NCBI GenBank assembly: GCA_963702895.1
Contig: OY969767.1
Coordinates: 1,472,001 to 1,536,000, forward strand
Length of the DNA: 64,000 nucleotides
DNA from: an uncultured Elusimicrobia bacterium
GTDB taxonomy: Bacteria > Elusimicrobiota > Elusimicrobia > 2-01-FULL-59-12
Direction of reading: 5' to 3'
Positions 1 through 10,154 of this stretch are shown here, piece by piece. Below the pieces are notes generated by a model. It was not told the DNA's origin. It saw only the letters and a list, made by a program, of their open reading frames with translations, and did not search any database. Each line of letters opens with the position of its first letter. Within the stretch, counting starts at the first letter, position 1. Position numbers and translations under genes: made by a program.

Positions 1-148
1 CAAGAAGAGGTGCAAAGGGCGGGTCCACCAGGAAGTCAATCGAAGCTTCAGGAAAGGCCTTCTTGAGGGCGGACAAGACAGGCGTCGTCACCAGGACATC
101 TCCCGCCCGCTTGAGCTGAATCACCAGGATGTTCTTCGGATCAGTCAT
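1..148 (-). CDS. Glycosyltransferase family 9 (LPS heptosyltransferase-like), 5' part; runs off the window edge
   Basis: Manual translation from ATG 148: MTDPKNILVIQLKRAGDVLVTTPVLSALKKAFPEASIDFLV, a typical GT9 N-terminus. Confidence 0.85.
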   Translation of the reverse strand, partial: MTDPKNILVIQLKRAGDVLVTTPVLSALKKAFPEASIDFLVDPPFAPLL

Positions 149-290
149 CGTCACGTGTCAAGGCCATGCCCTGCCCCTCCCTCAAGAAAAACTCACCCCT
201 CCAAAAGCCTTGTTGAAATGCTTCGGACTGACCGATCGATTCAGATTGATCCATAATTCGCATACATTTGTTTACATGACTATTTTTTAC

Positions 291-319
291 TTGCGTGCCA
301 CACGTTCCGGGGCTAGAGT
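291..319 (+). promoter_or_regulatory. Putative sigma70 promoter
   Basis: TTGCGT-N17-TAGAGT upstream of ATG 351. Confidence 0.45.
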
Positions 320-350
320 TGGCGCGTCCCCCAGCAGGGGACCCAAAACC

Positions 351-533
351 ATGAAACCTCATAAGAAAAAGAAGCCCCAAGATGAGCTCAACACCGAGGA
401 CGATGGTCGAGTTATCCCGTTCGAAGCTCTGGCGGAACTCACTTCCAGCGATGTCATTGCCCAGGTTAAACGCGGAATGAGCGCCATTGAACCCATCGAT
501 CTCGAGGACGAGTTCAAAGAAGACGCCGCCTGA
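351..533 (+). CDS. Small hypothetical protein (60 aa, basic N-terminus, acidic C-terminus)
   Basis: MKPHKKKKPQDEL...EDEFKEDAA fills the intergenic gap; promoter-like and AGGGG motifs upstream. Confidence 0.55.
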   Translation: MKPHKKKKPQDELNTEDDGRVIPFEALAELTSSDVIAQVKRGMSAIEPIDLEDEFKEDAA

Positions 534-1542
534 TCGCTTTCCGTCCGGCTTCCAGGACTTCGTCCACGGACACCACGGATAGATCCTCTCTTATTGATCC
601 ATCTTCCCCAACGCTGGGTCCCACGAGCACCCGATGCGTCATGTCCTGCTCCACATAAGCAGGGTAGGGCCCCCAACGCCTGGGATGGCATGTGGGCAGC
701 GTGGAATAGACCGAGACGGTAGGCGTTCCCACGGCAACCGCCAAATGCAAGGGTCCGGTGGAGTTGCTCACCAAGAGATCCGCCCAGCTGTAGAGCGCGG
801 CAAGCTCCCGAAGGCTCACGCTTCCAGCGGCCATAAAGACCGGGATCCTGTGCATTTGGTCAATCATGATGGATTGATAGTTTTCGCCCGGTCCCCCGGT
901 CACGATCACTTGTGCGCCTTGTTCCTGAAGCGCGTCCCCCAACTTCATAAAATGCTGGAGCGGCCAGCGGGCGGAGGATCCTCCGGACCCAGGGTGCAGC
1001 ATGACGATGGGCCTCTCGAGAGAAACACGGTGAGATTCAAGGGTCTTCCGGGCGGTTTCTTTTTCGATCGGCGTGAGTTCGAAGCGTGTCGGAACGCGCC
1101 GAAAGGGCACGCCGAGGGGCCCTAACAAATCGAGGTTAAAGTCCGCCTCGTGCTTTTGTCCCTGCGACCGGTGCTGCCAAAGACGGCGGTTGAAGAAAAG
1201 CGAATACCATTTGCTGGCCGGTCCGATCCGCAGAGGAACACCCGCCCACCAGATGGCCCAGCTGACACGCCACCGCGGATAGGCGACAATGGCAGCATCA
1301 AAGTGACGCGAACGGATACGCCGCGCAAGCTCATGGGCGGAGCCCCCATCGTCCAGCAGGACTTCGTCCACATCGGGGTTATGCTCGAGGAGTGGGGCGG
1401 CATAAGGACGCACGAGCCATGAGATTTTGGCCTCCGGGGAGGCCGCGCGGAGAGCCCGGGAAACGGGTGTCGTCAGAAGGACGTCCCCGAGCCGGTCGGT
1501 GCGCGCGATGAGAATATTCTTGGCTGGAAGACGAGTCTGCAT
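514..1542 (-). CDS. Glycosyltransferase family 9 (heptosyltransferase-like)
   Basis: ILIARTDRLGDVLLTTP, HPGSGG, VSNSTGPLHLAVAVG motifs; start trimmed to ATG 1542. Confidence 0.9.
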   Translation of the reverse strand: MQTRLPAKNILIARTDRLGDVLLTTPVSRALRAASPEAKISWLVRPYAAPLLEHNPDVDEVLLDDGGSAHELARRIRSRHFDAAIVAYPRWRVSWAIWWAGVPLRIGPASKWYSLFFNRRLWQHRSQGQKHEADFNLDLLGPLGVPFRRVPTRFELTPIEKETARKTLESHRVSLERPIVMLHPGSGGSSARWPLQHFMKLGDALQEQGAQVIVTGGPGENYQSIMIDQMHRIPVFMAAGSVSLRELAALYSWADLLVSNSTGPLHLAVAVGTPTVSVYSTLPTCHPRRWGPYPAYVEQDMTHRVLVGPSVGEDGSIREDLSVVSVDEVLEAGRKAIRRRLL

Positions 1543-1547
1543 CGCGG

Positions 1548-2300
1548 CTACGCCCCACCCTTTTCCATTTCCTTGAGCTTGATCGACCTCAGCCACGCCG
1601 CGTGAGCCGAGAGCGCCGCATAAGTCAGCCCCGCGTGACCATCGAGCCAGGCCCCATGGAGGACAATACGGTTCAAGAGTTCCCACCCCGGCCGCAAATG
1701 CTGCCAGAAGGAGAATCGCTTTCCTTCCTTCCATCTTTGGCGGGCAGCCAGTGCCGTGTAGACCGGGATTTTCTGGAGGTAGTCATCGAGTGAGGCATAG
1801 GAAAAATGATCGAGATGTCCTCTCAGACGGCCGGTCTTGCCGGAGACGACGACCCGCTCATGGACTTCGCGAGGCTCGTATCGCCCTTGGTTCCTCCGAA
1901 AAAACCGCAGCACCCAGTCATGCCCGACACCACCGAACCGAAGACGCTGGCCGAGAAAATACAGATGGCGTTTGAGATAGTAGCCATCAAGCCCCCGGGA
2001 TGGGCGGGCTGCCTGCCTGAGGGCCTCGGCCAGATCCGGGCTCACACGCTCGTCCGCATCAATGGAAAGAACCCATTCGCCAAGACATTGGTCCAGGGCA
2101 AACTGCTTTTGAGAGCCATAGCCCATCATCTTTCTCGAAAAGACCTTCGCCCCCCGCTCCTTCGCCAGCGCCACGGTGCGATCGGAGGATTCATCATCGA
2201 CCACCACGAGTTCATCGGCCAGCCCCTTGAGGCTGTCCAGACACCCTGGAAGGTCCCGCTCTTCGTTCTTCGTGATGATATACGCGCTGATTGGAGTCAC
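1548..2300 (-). CDS. Glycosyltransferase family 2 (LPS beta-1,4-glucosyltransferase-like)
   Basis: IITKNEE, VVVDDESSDRT, WVLSIDADERV, VHE motifs. Confidence 0.9.
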   Translation of the reverse strand: MTPISAYIITKNEERDLPGCLDSLKGLADELVVVDDESSDRTVALAKERGAKVFSRKMMGYGSQKQFALDQCLGEWVLSIDADERVSPDLAEALRQAARPSRGLDGYYLKRHLYFLGQRLRFGGVGHDWVLRFFRRNQGRYEPREVHERVVVSGKTGRLRGHLDHFSYASLDDYLQKIPVYTALAARQRWKEGKRFSFWQHLRPGWELLNRIVLHGAWLDGHAGLTYAALSAHAAWLRSIKLKEMEKGGA

Positions 2301-2347
2301 CTTCGCCTTCCTTTCATGGGACCGGACTCGACGGAAATTATATTAGA

Positions 2348-3400
2348 TCAGAGACTGGACAGGGCTTCCTGATAGATGCGAAGCGTTCTCTCGACAAAGT
2401 GTTCCATCGAAAAATGTCGTTTGACGCGCGACCAAGCGGAGTCCCCCATGGATCTCGCTTTCGCCGGCTCATGCAGGAGCCGCGCGATGGCGGAGGCCAG
2501 AGCCGGCGCGTCTTCTGGATCGACCAGATACCCCGTGACGCCCTCTTGAACGATTTCAGGGAGGCAGCCCACCCGGGTGGCTACCACGGGACGGCCGGCC
2601 GCCATCCATTCCAGCGCGACGCGCGAAACCGCTTCGCTTCCAGTCGAAGGAATAACGCCTATCGTACAATCCGACATGCAGGCATCGACCTCGCGCTGGA
2701 AACCGAGGAATTCAACCTGAGGATCAACCCGCAATCGTTGGGCGATCTTCTGCAGATCGCGCAGCTTAATATTTTCTTCCTGGCCTGCCACCAGGAGGCG
2801 CAATCCGGGATAGGTGCCTCTCAAGAGGGAGAGCGCCTCGATGAGATAGCGGTGGCCTTTCACAGGATCCAGCCGCGCGACGATGCCGAGCTTAGGCTCC
2901 TTGGGAAATTCTTTGGGCATGGCGCGAGAGAGTTCGACGCCCTGATAGACGGTCAAAACCTTTTTCGGCTGGATCTCCAAATCGCGGATCAACGAATCTC
3001 GAATATAGCCTGCGGCACTGATCACGCGCTGCGTTCGGTGATAGAGCAGTTGTCGGCCGGGCCGTTTTCGAATGGCCCGGGCATCCGAACGCGTCCGCAC
3101 CACCGCCACCGGTTGCCCCAGGGCCGCGGCGACCGCAAGACTGTGGGTGCTCCCTGTATGAGCGTTCAGAACTTGGATGCCATGATCGGACACAAACCGC
3201 CTGAGCGCCGTGAGATTTCTGAGCTTGATCATCGGCAGGGTTTTGAGGCCCAGGCGATGCGCTTTATGCCAGGGTTTCTCCCCGGGAAGGGCCGAGACAA
3301 ACACTTGGTGTCCCTTCTTTTTCTGTCCCTGGGCAAGAACGAGCGCGTAATGCGCCAGTCCCGAGTCCCAGGGAACATCGATGAGATGCATGATTTTCAT
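2348..3400 (-). CDS. Glycosyltransferase family 4
   Basis: VARLDPVKGH, EAVSRVALEWMAAGRPVVATRVG; ATGA overlap with upstream gene gives start 3400. Confidence 0.9.
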   Translation of the reverse strand: MKIMHLIDVPWDSGLAHYALVLAQGQKKKGHQVFVSALPGEKPWHKAHRLGLKTLPMIKLRNLTALRRFVSDHGIQVLNAHTGSTHSLAVAAALGQPVAVVRTRSDARAIRKRPGRQLLYHRTQRVISAAGYIRDSLIRDLEIQPKKVLTVYQGVELSRAMPKEFPKEPKLGIVARLDPVKGHRYLIEALSLLRGTYPGLRLLVAGQEENIKLRDLQKIAQRLRVDPQVEFLGFQREVDACMSDCTIGVIPSTGSEAVSRVALEWMAAGRPVVATRVGCLPEIVQEGVTGYLVDPEDAPALASAIARLLHEPAKARSMGDSAWSRVKRHFSMEHFVERTLRIYQEALSSL

Positions 3401-4896
3401 CGCGGTCCTGTCAGGGGAGAGGCAAGGGCTTTCGACCATTGGGTCTTGAGGGCCTGAAAAACCTCCTCTGGCGTGATCTGTTTCATGCAATCAAAATGCC
3501 CCAGAGGACAGCGCTGGGCGCCATGAAGACTGCACGGACGGCAGGGAAGGTCCTTTTCGATGACGATATGGCCGGACCCATAAGGGAAGAACCCCAGTTC
3601 TTTGGTCGTGGGACCAAAAACAGCGACGGTGGGCACGCGCGCCGCCACGGCCACATGCATGGGCCCTGAATCGTTGGTGAGAAACGCCTGACACCGTGCA
3701 ATCACAGCGATCAGCTCCTTGAGAGAGGTCTTTCCAACCCAGTTGAGCGGCTTTTGATGCATCATGGAAAGGACACGTTCCATGATCTGCCCGTCCTTGG
3801 GGCCACCGACAAAGACCACCTTAGCCCCCAGCTCTTCGATAAGGCGGTCCGCCACCGCCGCAAAGCCTTCGGCAAGCCAGCGCTTCGTCGCCCAGACCGA
3901 TCCCGCGTGGATGCCAACGAGCGAATCGAACGGCCGCACGGCACTTTCGTTCAGGCGTTTGGAGACCCGCTCTGCCGCCTCAGGCTCTGCCTTGATCCAA
4001 AGGTCGCTGCCCGTGTGCTCCACGCCGAATGCTTTTAAGAGCGCGAGATTCCTTTCGACATCATGGACACCCCAGCGAAAAGGCACGACATCCGTAAGGA
4101 GAAACCTCCCCTGACTGGCAGAAAATCCCACGCGCCGGGGGATGACCGCAAGCCATGCGATCAGGGCGCTCGTCAGAGAGCGGTGCGGAATGATCGCCAG
4201 ATCAAAGTGACGCGCCCTGAGCTGCTGGATGAGCCTCCATTTGGCAAACCACGAACGCTCTTTTCCACGCTTGTCCAGGAGGATGATCTCGGAAAGCGCC
4301 CGGCAGGATGTGAAGACATCTTTCACTTCTGGCGTGCATAAAAGCACAAGACCGCTCTGCGGGAATTGCTCGTGAAGGGCCTCGAGCAAAGGGGTCGTTA
4401 AGACCGCATCGCCCAGGAAGGCCGTCTGGATAATGAGGATCTGGCCCGGCGGGGCAGAAAGTGTCACAGCGGAGCCGCCCTCCAACTTGTGAAGGGCGTC
4501 CATGTAGCGTTCGAGGGTATGTTCTTTCAGGGATTGGCTGTCCCAACGCCAGCGCACAAACAGGCGCCGCGCCAGAGCCGCCTTGCGATAGCGGGCGACG
4601 CGCGTTGCGCCCGAGAACATCGTCACCAGGCGCGACCGGAAATTGGCATGGAGGTCAAGCACGCCATCAAAACCCGCTTTCCGTATCCTCTGACAGAGGC
4701 CGAGGAGCGGTTCTTTTTCTCGGAACGTGATGATCTCGTTGAGGGAGGTTTCTTCCCGCAGCAGCTCCGCATAAGCCTCTTTCACCAGCATGGCGATAAA
4801 GGCCTGGGGATAGCTCGCGCGGAGCCGTTTGAGGACCGGCACCGTCAGGACGATATCACCCAGAGAAGAGAGCCGGATGACAAGGATCTTACGCAT
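3397..4896 (-). CDS. waaF: LPS heptosyltransferase II-like GT9 with an extra N-terminal partial GT9 domain
   Basis: Two GT9 N-terminal motifs (ILVIRLSSLGDIV; ILIIQTAFLGDAV) and one C-terminal NDSGPMHVA motif. Confidence 0.8.
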   Translation of the reverse strand: MRKILVIRLSSLGDIVLTVPVLKRLRASYPQAFIAMLVKEAYAELLREETSLNEIITFREKEPLLGLCQRIRKAGFDGVLDLHANFRSRLVTMFSGATRVARYRKAALARRLFVRWRWDSQSLKEHTLERYMDALHKLEGGSAVTLSAPPGQILIIQTAFLGDAVLTTPLLEALHEQFPQSGLVLLCTPEVKDVFTSCRALSEIILLDKRGKERSWFAKWRLIQQLRARHFDLAIIPHRSLTSALIAWLAVIPRRVGFSASQGRFLLTDVVPFRWGVHDVERNLALLKAFGVEHTGSDLWIKAEPEAAERVSKRLNESAVRPFDSLVGIHAGSVWATKRWLAEGFAAVADRLIEELGAKVVFVGGPKDGQIMERVLSMMHQKPLNWVGKTSLKELIAVIARCQAFLTNDSGPMHVAVAARVPTVAVFGPTTKELGFFPYGSGHIVIEKDLPCRPCSLHGAQRCPLGHFDCMKQITPEEVFQALKTQWSKALASPLTGPR

Positions 4897-6151
4897 GGCT
4901 GAGGTCCTTGAGAAGGGCGAGGGTCTTCCGGGTCGCGCCTTGACGACTCATCACAGCCAGCCGGGCCTGCTGCCCCATCTTCTGGCGCTTGGCCGCATTC
5001 TCAAGAAGATCCGCGAGGCACCGCTCGAGTTCGGTGAGCGTCACCTGTGCGCCTCCCCCCTGCTGGACGAGGACTTCCGCGATGCCATGGAAATTTTCCA
5101 TCGAGGGGCCAAACACAACGGGGACCCCGAGCGCGGCTGGCTCAATGGGATTCTGTCCACCCTTGGGAACGAAACTGCCGCCAATCACCGCGATATCGGC
5201 CATCCGGTAAGCGTCCAGCAGCTCTCCCATGGTGTCCCAAAGGACACAGGGACCTGAAACACCCTGCTGCGTTTTCCTGATGGGATGAAGGCCCTGCGCG
5301 ATGAACAGGTTCTCAATTTCCTGGATACGCTCAAGATGACGCGGCGCCCAAATGATCTGAAGGTTCGAAAAACGTGCCCCAAGACTGGTCATGACAGGCA
5401 AGAGCTCGCGTTCTTCGCCATGCCGCGAGCTGCCAATCACAAGGACCGGTCCCTTCAGGGATGCCGCTGACGATGCTGGGAGAGGCACCGGGAGAGGCAA
5501 GTCATATTTCAAGTTGCCGGTGACGTGAATCTTTCGTTGAGGGATCCCTAAATCAGCAAAGCGTGAGGCGTCTTCGTGCTGACGTACGGCCACCAGGTCA
5601 AAGTTCTCCCAGAGCGCTGGGAGCCAGGACCGAAAGCGCAGGTAGGATCGATAGGAATGCGCCGAAATGCGCCCATTGATCAAGGCGACACGGGCTCCTG
5701 AGCGACGCGCCTCACGCAGCAGGTTGGGCCAGAACTCCGACTCCACCGAGATCAAGAGCTTCGGTTGGACGACGCGAAAGACCCGACGCACGACCCAAGG
5801 CAGGTCCACAGGGGCCGCCGTGACCATCGCCGCAATGTTCCGCTCCGTTGCCCAGGCCAGCGCTTCAGGGGTCACCAGCGTAAGAAAAATCTTCACACCC
5901 GCCTTCGTAGGGGCTTCCCGCAGAAACACTTCGATCGCTTTCACTTCACCCAGGGAGACCGCATGCACCCACCACCAGGGACCGCTGGACAGTCGTGCGG
6001 ACTGCTCGAGTGTCAGACGCCCCCACCGTTCTGGCCAGCGCTCGACACCCCGGGCAAAGCGCTTGCGCCAGCGGAGCATCACACCCAGGACGATAAAGGG
6101 GAGGCTGACCAGGACAAGCCCGTTATAGAGCTTATACACCCAGCGCCGCAT
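4889..6151 (-). CDS. waaA: Kdo transferase
   Basis: WVHAVSLGE, ESEFWPNL, NGRIS, TGNLKYD, PRHLER, GGQNPIEPA. Confidence 0.95.
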   Translation of the reverse strand: MRRWVYKLYNGLVLVSLPFIVLGVMLRWRKRFARGVERWPERWGRLTLEQSARLSSGPWWWVHAVSLGEVKAIEVFLREAPTKAGVKIFLTLVTPEALAWATERNIAAMVTAAPVDLPWVVRRVFRVVQPKLLISVESEFWPNLLREARRSGARVALINGRISAHSYRSYLRFRSWLPALWENFDLVAVRQHEDASRFADLGIPQRKIHVTGNLKYDLPLPVPLPASSAASLKGPVLVIGSSRHGEERELLPVMTSLGARFSNLQIIWAPRHLERIQEIENLFIAQGLHPIRKTQQGVSGPCVLWDTMGELLDAYRMADIAVIGGSFVPKGGQNPIEPAALGVPVVFGPSMENFHGIAEVLVQQGGGAQVTLTELERCLADLLENAAKRQKMGQQARLAVMSRQGATRKTLALLKDLSHA

Positions 6152-6798
6152 CAGCAGCTCTCCGCTCCCACGAACCGGTCAGCTTCGCGGGTGACATCAT
6201 CAAGTGCCGCTTTTAACACTCGGGCTTTGTCCGATAGATTATCCGCTGGCAGAACGTTCAAAGGGTCTCCATAGACCATCGCAATGTGGTTGAACGGTTG
6301 GGGCACGACAAACTCATCCCAGCTTTTCTTAAAGATCCAGCGTCGTTTGGCCCCATAAGCGACGGGCACGATCGGGGCGCCTGTTTTTTGTGCCAGATAA
6401 AGCACCCCCGGCTGAACGGACCGGAGGGGTCCCCGTGGTCCATCGGGTGTAAATCCGATGCGCTCACCCTTTTCGACAAGAGATTTTAATTCCAACACCG
6501 CCTCGGCACCGCCTTGGGAGCTCGAGCCTCGGACCGTCTCAAGGCCGAAGGCCTTGCAGACGCCCGCGATGAGCTCGCCGTCTTTGCTGTGGGACACCAG
6601 CGGTCGGATCCGGTCGTGGGCATGCAGATAAGCCAGAAAAACCTGGCGCCCGTGCCAAAACGCATAGATGAAACCTCGTCTTTGCCTTTCGAGGTCTTCC
6701 CGAACAGAACGATGGATGAAGGTAATGCGCGACGTGAGTCCTACAAAGCGTAAATAGGAACTCGCTAAAGAAGCTAACAGAGAGGTCTTAAACCGCAA
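6151..6798 (-). CDS. DUF374 / lysophospholipid acyltransferase-family protein
   Basis: AFWHGR, SKDGE, VRGSS, TPDGPRGP; likely TTG start at 6798. Confidence 0.85.
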   Translation of the reverse strand: MRFKTSLLASLASSYLRFVGLTSRITFIHRSVREDLERQRRGFIYAFWHGRQVFLAYLHAHDRIRPLVSHSKDGELIAGVCKAFGLETVRGSSSQGGAEAVLELKSLVEKGERIGFTPDGPRGPLRSVQPGVLYLAQKTGAPIVPVAYGAKRRWIFKKSWDEFVVPQPFNHIAMVYGDPLNVLPADNLSDKARVLKAALDDVTREADRFVGAESC

Positions 6799-7396
6799 CT
6801 TTTTCCACGCGTCCTGGATTTTCGGCGCGCCGCGAAGAACCCTTGCCCACGGGCGTCCAAAAACTGAAGCAGACACGGGAATGAGGCGGAAGAACGGGCG
6901 GGGTCGCCCCCAGGTCAATGCCGATGCGCGAAAGGCCCAGGAGAGAGGCCAGCGAAGAGACAAGGGCCTCGTCCGTCACGAGCTCGGGCGGTGACATCTC
7001 GCAATCTTCCTCCTTCGCCTGTTCCGCGATGAGACGCATCGCAAATTGCTGAGCCTGAGCGAGTGCCTCGTGAAGAAGCGCGGACAGGAGTGCCTCGCGC
7101 TGGGTGTCCAGCGAAGAGGCCTGACGTTCCACTTCCAGTGCGGGCCCGATGGAAACGGCCGCCAGCGACATGGCCACCGCTTCCTTGGGAAGGCTTATGG
7201 ACGTGGTCTTCTCAGCGATCCGGCGAGTGAGCGTGGTATAGACAGCGGCCGGTCGCACCCATTGGACCGATGTCTTGATGAGGCCCTCGATGGCGAGCTC
7301 AAGATCAGGAGACCCCTCCATGCCCTTTTCTTTCTTGAGCCAACGGGCCATCTCACGGGCGCGCAGAGAAACACGGAAGTTCTTAATCTTGGTCAT
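6788..7396 (-). CDS. Hypothetical protein, possibly a degenerate B12 methionine synthase activation-domain fold
   Basis: ATGA-coupled to secF; RPAAVY, AVSIGPALE and LGLSRIGI resemble that family. Confidence 0.5.
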   Translation of the reverse strand: MTKIKNFRVSLRAREMARWLKKEKGMEGSPDLELAIEGLIKTSVQWVRPAAVYTTLTRRIAEKTTSISLPKEAVAMSLAAVSIGPALEVERQASSLDTQREALLSALLHEALAQAQQFAMRLIAEQAKEEDCEMSPPELVTDEALVSSLASLLGLSRIGIDLGATPPVLPPHSRVCFSFWTPVGKGSSRRAENPGRVEKVAV

Positions 7397-8331
7397 CGCG
7401 TCACAGGGGTTTTCGCCTGCCCCGGCATGACCGAGGACCGGGAGCGGCGCGCGTGCCATTCGTAAATGATCGGCGCTGCGACAAAGATCGTGGAGTAGGA
7501 CCCCACGAAGACGCCGTAGAGCATCGCGAAGGAGAAATCGTGGATGACATCGCCGCCAAAGAAGAAGAGCACCACGAGCGTCAGCGCAACGGTCATGGAG
7601 GTCATGATCGTTCGGGAAAGCGTTTCATTGATGCTCCGGTTGATCAAGTCGCCGAGAGATTCTTTCTTCGAAAGTCGGAGGTTTTCCCGCATGCGGTCAT
7701 AAATGACGATCGTATCGTTCATGGAATAGCCGGCCAGCGTCAAGATGCCAGCGACCACCGTGACCGTGATTTCCTTATTGAGGATGGAGAAGATGCCCAC
7801 CACGGAAAGAACGTCATGGACCACCGCGATGATGCTGCAGACGCCCCATAAAGTCGATCGAAAACGAAACCCTACATAGATAATGATCAGGACCGCCGCC
7901 CAAAGGATCGCGGAAAGCGCCTGGTCGCCAAGCGCACGCCCGACCGCTGGGCCCACAAAATCCTGGCGCTCGATAATGGGGTCAGAACCGGGCAGCTTCT
8001 CGAGGATCGTGCTTTTAAATTCCGCCGCAAGTTCGTCGAGAGACAAAGACCCTTGGGGGACACGCAGAATAAACGCTGGACGTCCTGTAATGGCCTGGAT
8101 CTCGACATCCGAACGTCCTTGGCTGGCAAGGGCCTCGCGCAAATCCTTCATCGGGACCTCTTGCTTAAGAGCGACCTGCACCAGTTGACCGCCCGTAAAA
8201 TCGATGCCCAATTTTGGCCCGCCTTTCATCGTGAGCGAAACAAGCCCTGCCCCGACCAGCACGGTCGAGAAGGCGTAGGCCCAGTAGCGGTATCCGATAA
8301 AGTCAAAGTGCGTCTTTTTAAAAAGCTGCAT
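7393..8331 (-). CDS. secF: Protein translocase subunit SecF
   Basis: LGIDFTGG, VGPAVG, GYSMNDTIVIYDRMRE, TLSRTIMTS. Confidence 0.97.
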   Translation of the reverse strand: MQLFKKTHFDFIGYRYWAYAFSTVLVGAGLVSLTMKGGPKLGIDFTGGQLVQVALKQEVPMKDLREALASQGRSDVEIQAITGRPAFILRVPQGSLSLDELAAEFKSTILEKLPGSDPIIERQDFVGPAVGRALGDQALSAILWAAVLIIIYVGFRFRSTLWGVCSIIAVVHDVLSVVGIFSILNKEITVTVVAGILTLAGYSMNDTIVIYDRMRENLRLSKKESLGDLINRSINETLSRTIMTSMTVALTLVVLFFFGGDVIHDFSFAMLYGVFVGSYSTIFVAAPIIYEWHARRSRSSVMPGQAKTPVTR

Positions 8332-8342
8332 GGTGGTCCCCT

Positions 8343-9812
8343 TTAAAAGTTAAGCGTCGTGACTTCCCGGTCTTCCATCCAGAAGTCATAGATCATGTGC
8401 GTCACAAAGACAGCCGTGAAGAGGGAGATCATGACGCCCCAAAAGAGCGTCACAGCAAAGCCTTTCACAGGGCCGGTACCGAACTGGAAAAGAAGCCCGG
8501 AAGTGATCAGCGTCGTCACGTGGCCATCGAAAATCGCGGCCCAGGCGTGTTTATAGCCCAAGTCAATGGCCAGACGGACGGATTTGCCTAACTGAAGCTC
8601 CTCACGAACGCGCTCAAGGATGAGGACGTTGGCGTCCACCGCCATCGCGAGCGACAGGATGGTCCCGGCCACACCCGGCAGCGTCAAAGTCGCATGCAGA
8701 GAAGCCAGGACACCGAAAATAAAGAGCATGTTGATGATCATGGCGAGGTTCGCGATCAGCCCTGATACGTTGTAATAGACCGCCATTAAGAGCATGACGA
8801 GAAAGATGCCGATCAAGGAGGACCTGACGCCTGCCTTAATGGAGTCTTCTCCCAGCGTTGGACCCACCGTGCGTTCTTCGATCACCTTCACAGGAGCAGG
8901 AAGCGCGCCCGCTTTAAGGACCGTGGCCAGAAGCTTCGCGTCTTCCGCGGTGAAGTTCCCCTCTATCACAGCATGTCCATCCGGAATCGCCGAGCGAATC
9001 ACCGGCGCGGATTGGATCTGGTTGTCAAGGACGATCGCCAGCTGCTTGTTCACGTTGGCTTCTGTGACAAGGCCAAAGAGCTTGGCGCCTTCCGTATTGA
9101 ATTCAATCGAAACGCTGGGATAACCGGTGACGAGCTGATCGGATCCGCCGCCAAAGGTGATCTTGGCGTCCACGAGCATCGCTCCTGTGAGCTCCGCGGA
9201 GGACTTGACGACGAGATAGCTTCCCGCCAGGCGTTCCGTGTCCTTTCGCTGCGGCAGAATCTGCCATCCGGCAGGCATCGTTTTGGCGAGGTCGGCGGGA
9301 ATTTTCCCAGACTGCTGAAGCTCGAAATACTGATCCAGACTCATCTTCTTGTCGAGCAGGGCCTTGCTGAGCGTGGCCATGAGACCGGCGTCATCCACCA
9401 GACGAAACTCAAGCAAAGCGGTCTTGCCAATCAGTTCCTTCGCCCGCCCGGAATCCTTGATGCCTGGAAGCTGTACGACGATCCAGCGGTCACCCTGGCG
9501 CGCGATCAGGGGCTCGGCAACACCAAATTGGTCAACGCGGTTCCGGATGATCTCAATCGCCCGCTCAAGCGCATCGGCGATTTTGGCTTCCGGCGGGAGC
9601 TTCGACCGATCCAGCTCCAACACCAGGTGCGTACCACCCTTCAGATCAAGACCGAGATTGAGAATCTTTTTCAGGATGGGATCACGCTCTTTCTCGCGTT
9701 CAGAACGTTCCTCCGCAGACATGCGGTACCACTTGACCGTGGGCAAGAGGAAATAGCCTGTCAGGCCGACCAGGGCTAACGTCAAATAAAGAACGACGCG
9801 AGACCTGCTCAT
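8343..9812 (-). CDS. secD: Protein translocase subunit SecD
   Basis: LGLDLKGG, RVDQFGVAEP, VGPTLG, AVDANVLILERVREE. Confidence 0.97.
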   Translation of the reverse strand: MSRSRVVLYLTLALVGLTGYFLLPTVKWYRMSAEERSEREKERDPILKKILNLGLDLKGGTHLVLELDRSKLPPEAKIADALERAIEIIRNRVDQFGVAEPLIARQGDRWIVVQLPGIKDSGRAKELIGKTALLEFRLVDDAGLMATLSKALLDKKMSLDQYFELQQSGKIPADLAKTMPAGWQILPQRKDTERLAGSYLVVKSSAELTGAMLVDAKITFGGGSDQLVTGYPSVSIEFNTEGAKLFGLVTEANVNKQLAIVLDNQIQSAPVIRSAIPDGHAVIEGNFTAEDAKLLATVLKAGALPAPVKVIEERTVGPTLGEDSIKAGVRSSLIGIFLVMLLMAVYYNVSGLIANLAMIINMLFIFGVLASLHATLTLPGVAGTILSLAMAVDANVLILERVREELQLGKSVRLAIDLGYKHAWAAIFDGHVTTLITSGLLFQFGTGPVKGFAVTLFWGVMISLFTAVFVTHMIYDFWMEDREVTTLNF

Positions 9813-10150
9813 ACGTGGGTTGTGCTCGTTGGGCTGGAAGGCTCGTGCAAGACCTTGCTGATCGCAGACTGGGTGACATCCACACGCACGTTATCAGCGA
9901 TTTTGATCTGGACAATTCCGCTCCGCACGGAGGTCACCGTTCCCAGAATCCCACCTTGGGTCAGGACCTTATCGCCCGCTTTAAGGTTCTCCATCATGCG
10001 ACGGTGCTCTTTGGCCTGTTTTTGCTGCGGGCGAATAATGAGAAAGTAGAGGATGCCGATCACGACCAGCATCGGGACAAAGCTAATGACAGAATTTCCT
10101 GCTGGGGCCGCTTGGCTCCCTTTGGGTGGGACGCTGACTTGAGAACCCAT
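9809..10150 (-). CDS. yajC: Preprotein translocase subunit YajC
   Basis: YFLIIRPQQKQAK, GDKVLTQGGILG. Confidence 0.95.
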   Translation of the reverse strand: MGSQVSVPPKGSQAAPAGNSVISFVPMLVVIGILYFLIIRPQQKQAKEHRRMMENLKAGDKVLTQGGILGTVTSVRSGIVQIKIADNVRVDVTQSAISKVLHEPSSPTSTTHV

Positions 10151-10154
10151 ATGT

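Noticed and set aside
2291..3457. Long plus-strand ORFs (also 29293..30504, 43662..44924, 46309..47283)
   Set aside because: Antisense shadows of well-supported genes in GC-rich DNA.
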